A stretch of DNA of 63,925 nt, the filler included, from Craspedostauros australis (lineage: Eukaryota), in assembly GCA_030167865.1 (NCBI GenBank). It is 6 parts of 6 records of this genome, joined end to end, with 100 filler letters (N's around TTAATTAATTAA, not from the genome) between each part and the next. Parts side by side here need not be neighbours in the genome. Positions count along the whole stretch, not along the records: positions 38,244 to 52,973 come from JALAGF010004504.1; positions 53,074 to 60,459 come from JALAGF010004505.1; 4 more parts are not named here. One strand, 5' to 3'. A program made the position numbers and the translations under genes. The notes under the pieces are model-generated. The model did no database searches. It was not told where the DNA came from and saw nothing but the letters and a program-made list of their open reading frames with translations. Within the stretch, counting starts at the first letter, position 1. The number at the start of each line of letters is the position of its first letter. Shown here piece by piece: positions 45,943-58,507 of this stretch.

Positions 45943-48900
45943 ATGGCTTGGACCACGAAGGCTGCCATATGCCTTTTCGCAGCGTGGGGTGGCGGAGTGA
46001 CCTCCGTGCAGAATCCAGCAACTGCTTCCGCTGCCAGGGAATTTGATGCACAATCCAAGCACAAGTCTCTCTGGACGATCGGCGTGCTCGCAAATCGCGG
46101 TGCCGAAAATGCATATCAACAATTCAACGCAACGTTTGCCGACTACTTGACAGCTTCGGTTGGTCAGAATCTGGATCCGCCTGTCGCATTTCGTATGACG
46201 GCGATCGATTTTCGAAGGAGCATCGATGATGCGATTGCATCCACAACCGCGACGGGCGAAGAGGATCGTATTTTCGACTTCTTCTTCGTCAATCCAAGCA
46301 TCCAATCCTGCATCGAGTCAGAAGTGGGATCGTACCCTCTCGCGACGTTGATCAACAAGCGCATCGTCGGGGGTGTCACCTACGATCTCGATGAATTCGC
46401 TGGTGTTATCTTCACCAAGGCAGACAACCACGACATCAACCACATCGCAGACATTCGTGAGAAACGCGCGGCGTGTGTCTCAGTTACCGGTCTTGGCTCT
46501 GGCCAGATGCAATTCCAGGAGCTTCAGCGCGCCGGCATGCACCACCTCCAAGATGTCAAGCAGCTGGTCTTTGCGTCAACGCAGGGCAACGTCGTCAATG
46601 CCGTGCTCGATGGCCTCGTGGATGTCGGCTTCGTCAGAACGGATCAATTGGAAAGATCCGTCAATGCATCCAGCGGCGAACCGTTGGACATGTCGAAGCT
46701 CAAAATCATCAACGCGCAAGACAGAGTGGACAATCACGGCGCGCCGTTTCCGTTCACGGTTTCCACTGATCTGTTCCCGGAGTGGGGGTTCTCGGCTCTA
46801 CCCCACGTACCACAATCCATCATCCAACAAGTTCAACGATCTCTCCTGGATGTCGGCCTCAATGCCATGCAATGGTCCGCCGTCGAGGCTTGCATGCTCC
46901 AACACAACTGCACAGACGGATCTTCGTGCGAACTCGAATGCCACGATGAACTGACAAGCCAGGCGGCCGCATCGAGCTGCAGTGCAGATGCTGGCGCGGC
47001 ACGTCTGGCCCACAAGGCAACGGTCGCTGGCGAGTACGCAGGATTCAGAACAGCCCTCAATTACATGCAGCTTCGCAACATGCAGGAGCAGACAGGTTTC
47101 ATCCAGACACCAAAGCCCATCAGAAGCAAGAACGGCGACACCTTCGGGCACCACGACGTTGCCAAGGCCCGATGTGTGCGACCAACAGAGTTTGCGGATA
47201 CAATCGTGTGTCCAGAAGGCTACAAGAAGAAATCCGACGAAGGCATCGCAAATGGCTGCGCCGACATCGGCCTTAATTGTGGCGGCCACCGATGCCTCTG
47301 CAAGCCTTGCGTTTGGATCGAGGTTTGCGAAAACGGATCGGTCACGGTCGGATCGCACTGTATCCGCTTACCTGTTCTCCTAGCATCCATCCTCGTCCCT
47401 TTCGCGATCATCGTTTTGTCGGCGGCAATGGTGTACGCACGCTACATCAGCCACAAGGCAGATTCTCTGTGGAGGATCAAAGCGAGCGATCTCCAGTTCG
47501 ATGATCCGCCTCATGTACTGGGCCACGGGGCATTCGGATTGGTGGTCCGTGCAGAACTTCGTGGAACCAAGGTCGCAGTGAAACGGGTTCTACCCGTCAG
47601 GCGAGGGAGGCAGCCGCATGGCTCGGTGCGCGAGGAGAAGTCACCATTTGATCGAGCAGGTGCAGGTGCGAGCGAAGCTGGGTTTGAGGGCATCTCCGAT
47701 GTGGAATCTCCTCCTGGGGAATCGCACCGTGGCATCACGACGCCAATGTCCTACGCAAACGGAAGCAACGGCCAGCAGCTGAAGAAGCGGACCTCGCTCA
47801 ACGCGATGAAGGGATTGCCAGAAAGACTTGGCTACTCGAGTGGCTTTTTCCCCAGCAGCGCCAAGGGTCGACGAAGCTTGGCGATTGAATCGACCAACTG
47901 GAGGAAAAAGTCCTGGATGGCAACGAACAAGCACAGCCACCTCAGGGCAAACTTCATCGAGGAGATGCGAAAGATGTCGAAGCTCCGGCACCCGTGCATC
48001 ACGACCGTCATGGGGGCAGTTATTGGGCTCAATACTGAACCGATGCTGGTGATGGAACTGATGGAGCTCGGCTCGTTGTATGACTTTTTGCACAATCAGA
48101 CTGTCAAACTGGAGGAGAAGATGGCGATAGCAATCCTGCAGGACATTGCGCAGGGTGTGCGATTCTTGCATTGCTCCGAGACTCAGATCGTAAGTTCAAC
48201 GTGTTTGGCTGCTTCGACGGCACCCGCTTGTGGATTGCCTGGGGCCATGGTGGTTACCAATACGTTGGGTCGGAAGCTGAAAGCGCCTTTTGACTTGATT
48301 GCTGTTGCATCACAAAGGATGTCGACATGAAAGTACGTCATGACTTGCACCGCGCATTGATCTCTCAACAAGCAAGATCCTTTCTTCCCTCCTACCTTTC
48401 AATTCCAATACGTTGCCGTCTACGTGCTGATTCGCATCCAACCAACTATCCATGCCCGTATCATGGTGAACTGAATATCCCATCGCCATCTTCTCCGTAT
48501 CCAGATCCATGGCGATCTAAAGTCGGTCAACATCCTGGTGGACACGAGGTTTCGTGCCAAGGTTGCAGACTTTGGATTTTCGCAGAAGCGGCTCGTTCAG
48601 CATTCGGCAAGCGGGACACCCTTCTGGATGGCACCCGAGTTGCTGCGAGGTGAAACGCCCAACACTATCGAATCTGATATCTATTCATTTGGCGTCCTCA
48701 TGCACGAAGTAAGTCGCTTGGCGTGGTGTGATGTGATGCGGCTTGACCTCGTGATGCGTTTTGCTGAGTTGCGCTGTGCTGAGTTGCAGGTGCCTCCACA
48801 GAGCACTGGTTTTTGGTCCTGTTACTTCTTTCCTCTCTAACTCGCCACATGCCTCGCTATACATACCTCACTGTACACAACTCCAACCCTCATGATGCAT

Positions 48901-50044
48901 GCCATGCTGCAACTGTTCATCTCCTCATTCTATTGCATCACACCTCGACCAATGAAAGGTGGTCACGCGCAAGGACCCCTACGAAGACGATGATCATCTC
49001 GGCGTTCTCAAAGACATCGCCGACCGGCACATCCAGCGGCGACCTAAAGTCCCATCGGACTGTCCGATCGAGCTGCGATTCCTCATGCAAGAATGCTGGT
49101 CTGAAGACAGCTCTATGCGACCGTCCGCCACGAGCATAGATCAGCGATTGCGGCAGATCAATGTTGCGGAGACTGACGCCAGCAGCGCCTCAAAGAACGC
49201 TGTTCTATCGCAAGAGATTGTGGCAAGCCGTTTCCCACCCGCCATCGCGACCGCCCTGATGGAAGGACGCAAGGTGGAGCCAACAACGCACCATAGCGTC
49301 AGCGTCTTGTGCTGCGAGATCGCCTGCCATGAGGACCTCCTGCAGACAGCGTCGACAACGCGCTTCTCCAAGCTGATGAGCTCGTTGAGAGAAATTTTCC
49401 ACCATCTTTGCGATTTGCACGAAGTCTTCCCAATCGAGACGGTGGGCAGCGGCTTTTTAGCGGCTACCAACATCGCACTCGATCAACCGTACCATGCTGC
49501 GATGCTGGCAGATTTCGCCCTGGAAGTCATGGAGTCTTTCGCCAAAGCTTCCCTCAAAGAGACTCATCGTGAAAGCATCGGCGACAGCCACGACCAGGAT
49601 CACCAGCCGAGCTTCCATCGCCGAGATATCACCGGTATCAGAGTTGGCATGCACACTGGAAGCGTCGTTTCTCACGTCGTCGGAACGCACAGCCCAAGAT
49701 TCGCCGTCCTCGGCGACACCGTCCGCTTGGTCGATCTTCTGCAATCCTGTGCTAAGCCAAACATGATACACGTCTCGCGCGATTTCGCATTCGAGCTCAT
49801 TGGGGATTCTACGGAGCTACAGCTGCACCGTGTGGACAACCCCGAGATCTGTCGCAAGGTCGGCACGCTGACATATGCTTTGGGGTGCACGGGTGGTGGC
49901 GGCGATGATCGCAGCGCCCACACAGAGGACACGTCGCTCTTGTCATCACATTCGCGGCAACGGCAGAGCCACGATGCAGCTGGGCACACCCACATCCATA
50001 CTCATGCTGCGAGCCATGGTGGTCACAAGCAACAGCACCAGTAG
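45943..50044 (+). CDS. Receptor with phosphate/phosphonate-binding-type periplasmic-binding-protein ectodomain, Cys-rich region, TM, TKL-like kinase and degenerate cyclase; exons 45943-48189, 48505-48708, 48959-50044
   Basis: IGVLANRG...FFVNP...VDVGFVRTD...ST.LFPEW (PBP fold); GHGAFG, VAVK, IHGDLK..N, DFG, GTPFWMAPE; cyclase-like IRVGMHTG..PRF..LGDTV. Two GTAAGT..AG introns in frame. Confidence 0.88.
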
Positions 50045-50221
50045 TATTGCTCTTCGGACAGGGATCAGTGCGTACGTTGAGAGACAGCGTAGAAGCAACG
50101 ATGGCAACATTCCACTCCTTTATTGTGGATAATCTGTATTGGCTGATACATTTCAAATTGAACCTACGCACCGTGCGCACTCGTACTCGTACTCGTAATT
50201 GCATACTTGTCGCGGATGGTC

Positions 50222-51454
50222 TCAAAAGTATCGTGCGACAAGTGTTCGCAGTGAGATTTCCACTAATTTGACAAGCTCCGGGTCTTGGCTGACCTGTTGC
50301 CAATCCAGGTGAACCAGCGCAAGGCACTGCGACGAAGTCTTGAGCACCTTGACAGATCCCTGTCGCACTGTGTCCTTGGCCCCTCCTTGCAATCTGGCAA
50401 CCAAGAGACAAGCAGATCCGTATTTCTTACCTCCACCATACGAAGTGTCGTCAGCGGTGTACACGCCATCGCCAAGCGCGCTCCCGTTGAAATGCGCTGT
50501 GATGTTGCGTTGCGTGCGTTCCTTTTTCGTGAGAAGGCCGTCCGTCCGTATGTGTGCCAGGTTGGTTGTGCTGGTGAAGTGGAATCCCAAATCAACGTGC
50601 ACTGGCTCGTTCGCTGCTTTGAACTCCTCCCGTTTGTTCATGAAGGCTTCGGTGAGGAAGACCAGGTCGTCCTTGGCGAGGATGGACACAGCTGGTTCTT
50701 CCTGCCGACGATTCCACCTATGCCTGGCAATCAGCTTCTCCACCGTGCCCATGACGTCCATGACGAACTCCAAGGCCTTTCCTGGCAAGGTGCATGCCAT
50801 TGTAGTTTCCTCCCTTTGCAACCGCGCCGCAACTTTCGATCGGTTCTCGGTATCAAACTCCTGCTGCAGAAGACGGGCGATTTGCTCATCATTGCGCTCC
50901 GATTCCACTTCATGCCGCGATCGCTTTCTCAGCCGCTTTCGTCGCGTGCTGTTTCGGTGACACGAAGAGACCTGGCTTTGACGGTGTTGGTGGCGAGTCG
51001 TCTTGCATCCATCATTGTATTCAGTTTTCTTGTCGCCGTGGGTGTCACCATCGATGATGATCACGCAATCATCGTCGTCGTCGTCATCATCGTCCAGGAT
51101 GCTGATGACGTTACGCCAAGGTGGCAACGAAGCAACAGAATTGTCCACCAACGCAACATCGTCGCGATCGTTTGTCGCATTCTGATTGTTGGCAACACCA
51201 TTCCGCCCATGGCGTCGACATTGTCTGCCGTTGTCATGACCGTCACTGTTTCTGCCTCTCCTTTTGATATGGATCTTCCTTCTCTTCGTGGGCAGGCGTA
51301 TCTTTCTGCGAGCACGAGGGCGTCCAGAGCCCGCATCGAAATCGGGTCTTGTTGCCACATGCGCACTGGAAGTGGGCTCATCACAAACAGGCGATACGGT
51401 CGATGCTGATCCCGCACGTGGATTTGTCGGCATTGCCTTACCACCGCCTCCCAT
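50222..51454 (-). CDS. Protein with C-terminal PARP-like ADP-ribosyltransferase fold and N-terminal SIM/ubiquitin-binding-like motifs
   Basis: LGFHFT...I..DGL...GSALGDGVYTA...LLVARL resembles the H and Y strands of PARP-like ARTs; also VISILDDDD, DDCVIIID, DEQIARLLQQEFD and basic NLS-like runs. Confidence 0.65.
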   Translation of the reverse strand: MGGGGKAMPTNPRAGSASTVSPVCDEPTSSAHVATRPDFDAGSGRPRARRKIRLPTKRRKIHIKRRGRNSDGHDNGRQCRRHGRNGVANNQNATNDRDDVALVDNSVASLPPWRNVISILDDDDDDDDDCVIIIDGDTHGDKKTEYNDGCKTTRHQHRQSQVSSCHRNSTRRKRLRKRSRHEVESERNDEQIARLLQQEFDTENRSKVAARLQREETTMACTLPGKALEFVMDVMGTVEKLIARHRWNRRQEEPAVSILAKDDLVFLTEAFMNKREEFKAANEPVHVDLGFHFTSTTNLAHIRTDGLLTKKERTQRNITAHFNGSALGDGVYTADDTSYGGGKKYGSACLLVARLQGGAKDTVRQGSVKVLKTSSQCLALVHLDWQQVSQDPELVKLVEISLRTLVARYF

Positions 51455-53073
51455 CCTGATGAATAAAGTCTGGCCTGGTACCTGCGTTGGCGTCTCTTGT
51501 GCGAGTGTGTGTGTGTGTGTGTGCGAAGTGACAGAAAGAGGATTGAATGTAGGTACAAGTCCGTGCAAGGCGATGTGGTGAATGCAGGCACCTGCGTCCA
51601 GAGTGTTTTTCCACGGATGTTGTGTTCTTGTCATTGCGAACACGCGACCATCGTTGGCACCAATTCTTCGCGATTTTCAAATCCGATGAGCTCCAAATGG
51701 ACTGAGTCGAACGAAAAGATACTAGCTGCACTCAATGTAAAACGGTGTCGCGATATCACTAGTTGTGGAGTTTTGGTCCCTTGTTGCCACTGGTTTGCTT
51801 GCTTTTGGGAGAAACGGCGATTGTATATTTAGAGCTATTTCGTGTTTACTCTCAATGATCCGTCTTCTACGTCACAGGGAACGGATTCCACGTCATGCAA
51901 AACGAGTCACAACAGAGGAAGAGACATCGTGTGACTCTTCCTCCACAAGACAACGTGATGACCGTGTGCAGCAACAACAGAATGTGCCATGCCAGGACAG
52001 CCAACAACACTCCACGTTGACCANTCTCACAATGGAAACCAGCAACATCCAATCGTCTCGGAATNCGACNAAGCGCATTGACGAGCTGTCCGACGCAGAC
52101 GAAACAGTAGCAGCACAAGCCGCAACCGCTGATGTCTACAATGATGCAGACGATTCCAAATGCGAAGACACATCCTTCCTCACCATCGATCCAAAGGTCA
52201 TCAATATCGTAAACGATGACGAGCTGGATACCGATGCAGCGAACAGCTGCGAACTGCCAGAGGGGATGGATGCCAACAGCATCCAAGAATCGACCATCGC
52301 CGACACGTTCTGTGGTTCCGCGAACTACACCGCCAACCATGGCAACACCCTGGCTGCATTCCACATTCCAGGCAATTGTTGGGCAACGACGTCATCAAGT
52401 GCATGGATGTGGCGGATGAATGCCAAAATGTTGATCGGGCGCACTTCGTCGTGCAAAGCCAACTTCGAGTGGCGCACAGCGATCAGCCCATTCGAGAGGG
52501 TTACGTCCACTCCTCAGCCCCACACATGTACAACTTCATCANNNNNNNNNNNGACTTTCATCCCAACACTATGCTCAAGGTACTCAATGCAGGTTCCAGA
52601 ACAGGATATCTGATGTGTCTCATGGTGTCCTTCTTTGGGCCTTGCTCGGCACAATATGGTAAGTGATGGTCGTGATTCGTCGCTCTGCTATGACACGCTT
52701 TGAAATGATGTGAGCAGGTGGATCTTTCGCTCATGCACGTTGAATGTATGGGCCCATACCTGAATTCATTCTTTCTTCTTTCTCTTCCTGTCTGAGCAAC
52801 ATGTTGAGATGGTCCAGTTCTTGAGCTGCACACCTGCTAATCACACCGGACACTAGTTGTCATATGATCAGCACCAAGGTCCCTTGTTGCACAACTATGA
52901 TCCCATCGCTTCTCGCATCTAACTGTTTCTCGCCACGTCTCCTCCTCAATTCATAACACGTCCCCTACCTGGTNNNNNNNNNNNNNNNNNNNNNNNNNNN
53001 NNNNNNNNNNNNNNNNNTTAATTAATTAANNNNNNNNNNNNNNNNNNNNNNNNNNNNNNNNNNNNNNNNNNNN

Positions 53074-53157
53074 ATTGAAGCACACTCATCACGATAGTCA
53101 GCAGCAACAAAGAAAACAGCAAAAACAGCAAGCCTCCCTCCTCTCACCACGAACGAT
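53074..53157 (+). repeat. 84-bp direct terminal repeat of contig 4 (identical to 60376-60459)
   Basis: ATTGAAGCACACTC...CCACGAACGAT at both contig ends. Confidence 0.95.
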
Positions 53158-53242
53158 GGTCACTACGGGCAAGACGGTGTTTCGACAAGATCCTTTGCAG
53201 GCGCACACCTTGATGCGCAATTCATGCGTGCAGTTACACTGA
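53074..53242 (+). CDS. 3' end of the GAF gene that starts at 58508 (circularly permuted)
   Basis: The frame continues ...SPRT-MVTTGKTVFRQDPLQAHTLMRNSCVQLH to TGA at 53240-53242. Confidence 0.8.
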
Positions 53243-53765
53243 GGAGATGAGGAACAGTATAGAGCAATACAATACAACAATAACGCACATTATCCCTTCA
53301 TGACTCAGGCCTAGTGCATATGTTATATCCCTTACTTTTGGCCCGTGTTAGGTCTTGAACGAGGTTTCCCTACCAGGAGCTACGACAGAAAGCCTTCATT
53401 TGAATCTAGTTCGGAGCCATTCTTCGTATTCGTGCGGTTTTACTGGTAAAGAAGTTTCGTTGTCTCTGGTCCTGTCCGTGGTATGCAGCCCAGTGTTGCT
53501 TACAGATGTAGACCTTGCAGATGCTGCACATCCTTCTCACCCTTTTCGGTTTCGCTGCTGCTTCTCCCTCTTGCTTTGCTTTGGCCTTCAAGAACGCACA
53601 GTATGTGCAGGTCCGCTGGGACCCTTCTCTCACAATCAGCTCTTTGTGGTTGCGACACTCTCCTGCCAGTCTCTTCAAACTCAGCCTTGTTGACTTCCTG
53701 CTCATTCTGGATGCTGTTTGGATTGATCTTGGCACTGGCCTTGATGGTATGGTTGCCCTTGCCCT

Positions 53766-54574
53766 TGTTGGCCAGTTCCGTAGACAGATACCTAGCAATT
53801 GTGGAAGACGGTGATGGTTGTTACGATTCTGTTTGCTATTTCATTGTGTAAGCACTCCAATCCTCTCGGTGTCTCTTGTCCTCTTGCCCGATGCTCTTGG
53901 CACATCTCTCTGTTTTGTAGATTGGGACTCCGACTATAAGTCAGTACGTGAGATGCTCTCTTGCTGATATCGTATTCTCTCTCTCTCCTCAATGTTGCAT
54001 GTTCGTGTTACACAATACTCCATGTTCGATGTGTGCTCCGCATTCAACACTCTGTTTGTTCACTACTGGCTCCTACTCCACAAGCACTTACCACTTGAAT
54101 TCCTCTTCATGTATCCATGATCTCAATGCCCTTTGGTCATCGAATCTTCACCTTCTGCTCCTGACATGGAGACAGATGTCGATGTGGTGACACGATGACA
54201 TCCTGTCGACGTCAGCTGTTGTCCTCCTGCTCTCCAGATGTCACGTTCCATTGATGATGCGATGGTCTGTCAGATGATATCGTCATCTGGGGTTTAGTTG
54301 GGAGGTACATCGAGCTTCGCTCGATACCGTTCGTTTCCATTGATGGATGGACGGACGATGTTCCTGATTCTCTCAGAAATCGTTGATTACAAATTTCCTC
54401 CAGAAATTCTGCTCATTTTCGTGTGTTCCATTTGTGGTGTGATCTTGACAAATCACAGCATACTATTGACACGAATGTAGTTTTACCGTCCAAGTACATA
54501 TAAGAGAATAACGGGCAAACGATGCACACAGAGATGTACATCTTGACATATATATATGCATGTACATCTCGACA
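53766..54574. mobile_element. Solo LTR copy A (TGTTGG...TCGACA, 809 bp), flanked by TGCCCT duplication
   Basis: TG..CA ends; collinear with 54964-55763; excision restores the piggyBac frame RSTRARARATIP. Confidence 0.8.
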
Positions 54575-54963
54575 TGCCCTTGCCCTTGTTGACCTCAATT
54601 CATACATGATGCCTTTTGCAACAAGCTGTTCAATCGTCTGCAAACCAAATGCCCTGTGCTCCAATTGATGCCCCCTTTCAGCCAGCATGTTGTGGGCAAT
54701 CCAGGTGTTCACCCTCAGGATTTCCAGCAGGTGAAACATCAGGGGCATCCACACTTGGCGGCATTGGAGATTCGGTCTGTAGTAGGCAATGAACTGATCG
54801 CACTTGTCCACGCCTCCCATCCAGTGGTTGTAGTCATCAATCATCTTTGGCATGTGGATCCTTGCGTTCCAAGTGTTCCCCCACACTTCTTTGAGGTTTG
54901 TCTTGTTCATCTGTGTCTCCCTAGGCTTGTGGCGATCTTTCTCCACTGTCTCATGTCTGTAGT

Positions 54964-55763
54964 TGTTGGCAAGTTCCGCTCACGGTAACCTACGATCGTG
55001 GAAGATGGTGTTGGTTGATAGTCGTCTGTTTGCTATTTCATTACTTGGCTACTCCNATGCTCTCGGTGTACGCCCGTTCTCTTGCCCGATGCTCTCGGCG
55101 CTTCAATCTGTTTCGTAGATTCAGTCTCCGACTATGAGTTGGTACACGAGATCCTCTCTCGCTCCTCTCTGTATTCTCTCTCTCTCTCAATGTCGTGTGC
55201 TCGTGCTACACGATACTCCGTGTTCGATGCGTACTCCGCATTCGACACTCCGTTCGTTCAGTACTGGCTCCTACTCCATGAGTACTTACCATTTGAAGTT
55301 CACCTTCAGTATCCATGATCTTCATGGGTCATCGCATCTTCGCCTCCTGCTCTGACTTGGAGACAGCTGTCAACGTGGTGACACGATGACACCCTGTCAA
55401 CGTCAGTAAACGTCCTTCTGCTCTCCAGATGTCACGTTCTGTCAATGATGCAATGGTCTGTCAGATGATATTGTCATCTGGGGTTTAGTTGGGAGGTACA
55501 TCGAGCTTCGCTCGATACCATACGTTTTCATTGATGGATGGACGGACGATATTTCTAATTCTCTCAGAAATCGTTGATTGCAAATTTCCTCCGGAAATTC
55601 TGCTCATTTTTGTGCGTTCCATTTGTGGTGTGATTTTGACAAATCACAGTATACCAACCACACGAGTGTAGTTGTACCGTCTGCACATGTATGAGAGAAT
55701 AACGGGCGAACGATGCGCATATAGATGTACACCTTGACATATACATGCATGTACATCTCGACA
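54964..55763. mobile_element. Solo LTR copy B (TGTTGG...TCGACA, 800 bp), no matching TSD
   Basis: Direct repeat of copy A with scattered substitutions; flanks TGTAGT and CTTGAT differ. Confidence 0.8.
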
Positions 55764-58507
55764 CTTGATTGTTCTTTGAAATGGATCATCATCTTGTCAA
55801 TGGAGCATGCAAACTCTGGCTTTGCGCACACCTTCTGAGAGACCTGGTTGGTATGGTCCAGCAGTGGTTGGACCTTGGCATACCACAAGCGGTCAGCAGC
55901 TGCCACAGGAGGTATTGAAGGTGGTGGTCCAACTTTGCAGGCTGCCCTGCTCCCCAACCCCTGTGGGGCAACATTGTCAGAGAGGTCAGATAGCGTTGAT
56001 GAGGATGTTGGGGCATTAGCTGACGTTTATGATGCTGTGATCGTCTGCGATGCTGATCTGATGCCGCGGCTCTGATCCGTTGGAGAGACATCATCATCCA
56101 TATCGTCTGCAGATGTATCGCTGCTGCCAATCGAAGAATTTGGCTGATCATCCGAGTGTTCAGCCATTGCGGTCAGATGGATGTGATTCCAAATGACTTG
56201 GTATTGAGTTCTTGTCATGTATGTCATGAGAAGGTGATAAGGAATGGAAGCGGAAGCAGCTCTCCAGTAGTCTCTCTTTGCAGGGGCACCAAAGAAGCCC
56301 ATGTAGAAGTACATTGCAAGGAATTTGTAAATATTGGAAATCCAGGGTATCCCAGTCTCTAGTAGTAGTCTCTGGCTACCTATTCCAGTTGTTGAATTGT
56401 TGAAACTGTGAGTACAACATCTCCATCTCTTTCAATTCCATTTACCATAACATACATAATCAACAGCAGCATGCAGCCTTGCCCTTACTCATGTAGTGCA
56501 GTCTCCTGCTTCATCATGTCATGCAGCATGTACTTCATGCACATCTCATCATGCATCTCAGATGTTTCATCTCCTGCTCTCTGCATGCATCTCATCATGC
56601 ACTTCATCTCATCACAGGTTTCGTCTCGATCCCGTGCCATCCTTGATTCCACCTGTTTTACAATTGATACGTTCTGATCATTTTTCCAAAGGTTTCTGAC
56701 ATCAGGACAATCCTGTGATTGATCTTGTCCGTCAGGAGCACGGGTTGCATCCCAATATGTTGGTTTCCATTTCTTCAGGTGGGATATGACTCCTACCCAC
56801 TGCCCCTGCATCCCTTCTGGTCTGACATCACTGACCAGGTTGTTGTTTTGTCAGTTCATGTCAGGACATGCTGTTTTGCATTGTCATTGTTCTCAGACCA
56901 AAGGAGGACAGGCTACATTGCGATGCACAACTGGTTGTTGAATGAAGTGGGACACACTACAAGGTATTCCGAGTGCGATCAACAATAGTTGATTCTAGTG
57001 AGTCTTGTTTGATGCTTTGGGAGGTGCGTCAGTTTTGGTTATATTGACAAAGTTGAAATATCGATTCCGGACAAATGGCACCTAATATCTATTTCACCGC
57101 AACTGTTGGATTGACGAGTCTGGCGGACATACTGCCAGACTGATACCGTGACAAGATCCAAACGACGTTTCATTTTGTGCGTTTGTCCGTATTAAGGATG
57201 TTACGTGCTCCATGTATGATGGTGGGAGCTGGATGTTGTCTGTCTTGAGCTTTCTCCGTCCTTGATCCTCCGGCGAAATCAAAGTGGAACAACAATACAT
57301 CCGCCCGTTCACTGATTCGTTGGTGCGCACCTGTCCAAGCTTCAACTATCACCAAGAGGTCCTCCTGTCACACCTTGTTCCTTGGGAATAATTGTACTTG
57401 AATTATAATTCAAGTGCTGTCGTTCCTCACAGAGCCTTTGGCTGCTCCAAACAATCACGTAATTTTCATTCGTGTTGACCCACGTGGATGCGAGTTTCTG
57501 ACCCACGCCGATTTTCTACGACCATGCAGACGCGCGCGTTCTCTTTTGCATCCACCTTTCTCGCATCAAGCGATTAAAGAAGCGGGATTGGCGCTCACAA
57601 TTTCGCTCGTTGAGGTGTACTGAATGGAGTGCAATGATTCCGGATGGGACTCGTTGTTTTCTCTCCTCACTGCACAGCATTTGGCTTCGCGCTTTTGGCT
57701 GTGTTGGAGCCGCCTGCTCCATTCGTGCTCTGTTTCGTGATGTTGCGATGTGATACTGCCGTGCGATGTTGTTGCTCTCTCCTTGGTAGGCAACCATGGG
57801 CACAGAGTATTGGAATAGTCGTACGAAGAGAGTGAATCGTACAGCATTCAACTCTACTCTGCTCCGTTGCCGTTCGAAGCAACGACGACAACGACCTTCA
57901 TTGTTGTTCAAACCAGTGAACACACAAGAGGGGAACAGGCGCATGCGCCCTTGGATGGCAACATGAAGCGCTCAGCGCACCGAAAAGACAAACAAAACAG
58001 TTACTCCCACGCTACAAAAGCATGCGCCACCCACCAACGAGCGTCTACTCCCTTCACGTTTTCTGTTTCTTGCGTTATCTTTCGGCGAGGAGAATTGCCT
58101 TCACCATGTCATCAAACAGAAACGTGAACTTTGGGCACGCCAAATACTCAGTCGGGGAGAAACCAGATTGCGAAGGTGAACCAGGCCGGGATCGTTTTCG
58201 GAATGCCGAACGCTTCTGCCTCACATCGACAATGAAGCGTCACGAACGCACAAACATCAGGCCCAAACATGCTCACTGTTCTGTTTCCCTCGCTTCGTTG
58301 TGCTTCTGACACTCTGCGCCACTCCATGTGGTCAGAGCCACACAAGGATCGTCCAGTGACAACAACTCACAGCACACACATTGCAAATCATAGTTCGCAT
58401 AACCATAATTCGCAAACAAACAACACAAACCGTGTCCATACTCAAACAGAACAACATTCAATCATTCCACCACTCCACCACCGGCCACCCACCATCAAGC
58501 CTCGACC

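Larger units (their letters stand above)
53406..56314 (-). mobile_element. piggyBac transposase relic, fragmented by solo LTRs
   Basis: YMG...RDYW...MTR.QY, KVQPLLDH...SIDKMMIHFK, IDDYNHWMGGVDKCDQ..YY, and C-terminal CTYC...CSICKVYIC..HW..YH cysteine-rich domain. Confidence 0.88.

Noticed and set aside
51727..52973. Possible DNA transposon remnant (repeated CACTAGTTGT and GGTCCCTTGTTGC motifs, broken ORFs)
   Set aside because: No recognisable transposase motif or TIR pair; truncated by the contig end.
53285..53345. piggyBac terminal inverted repeat (TTAT-CCCTT...)
   Set aside because: No matching opposite terminus could be found in the contig.
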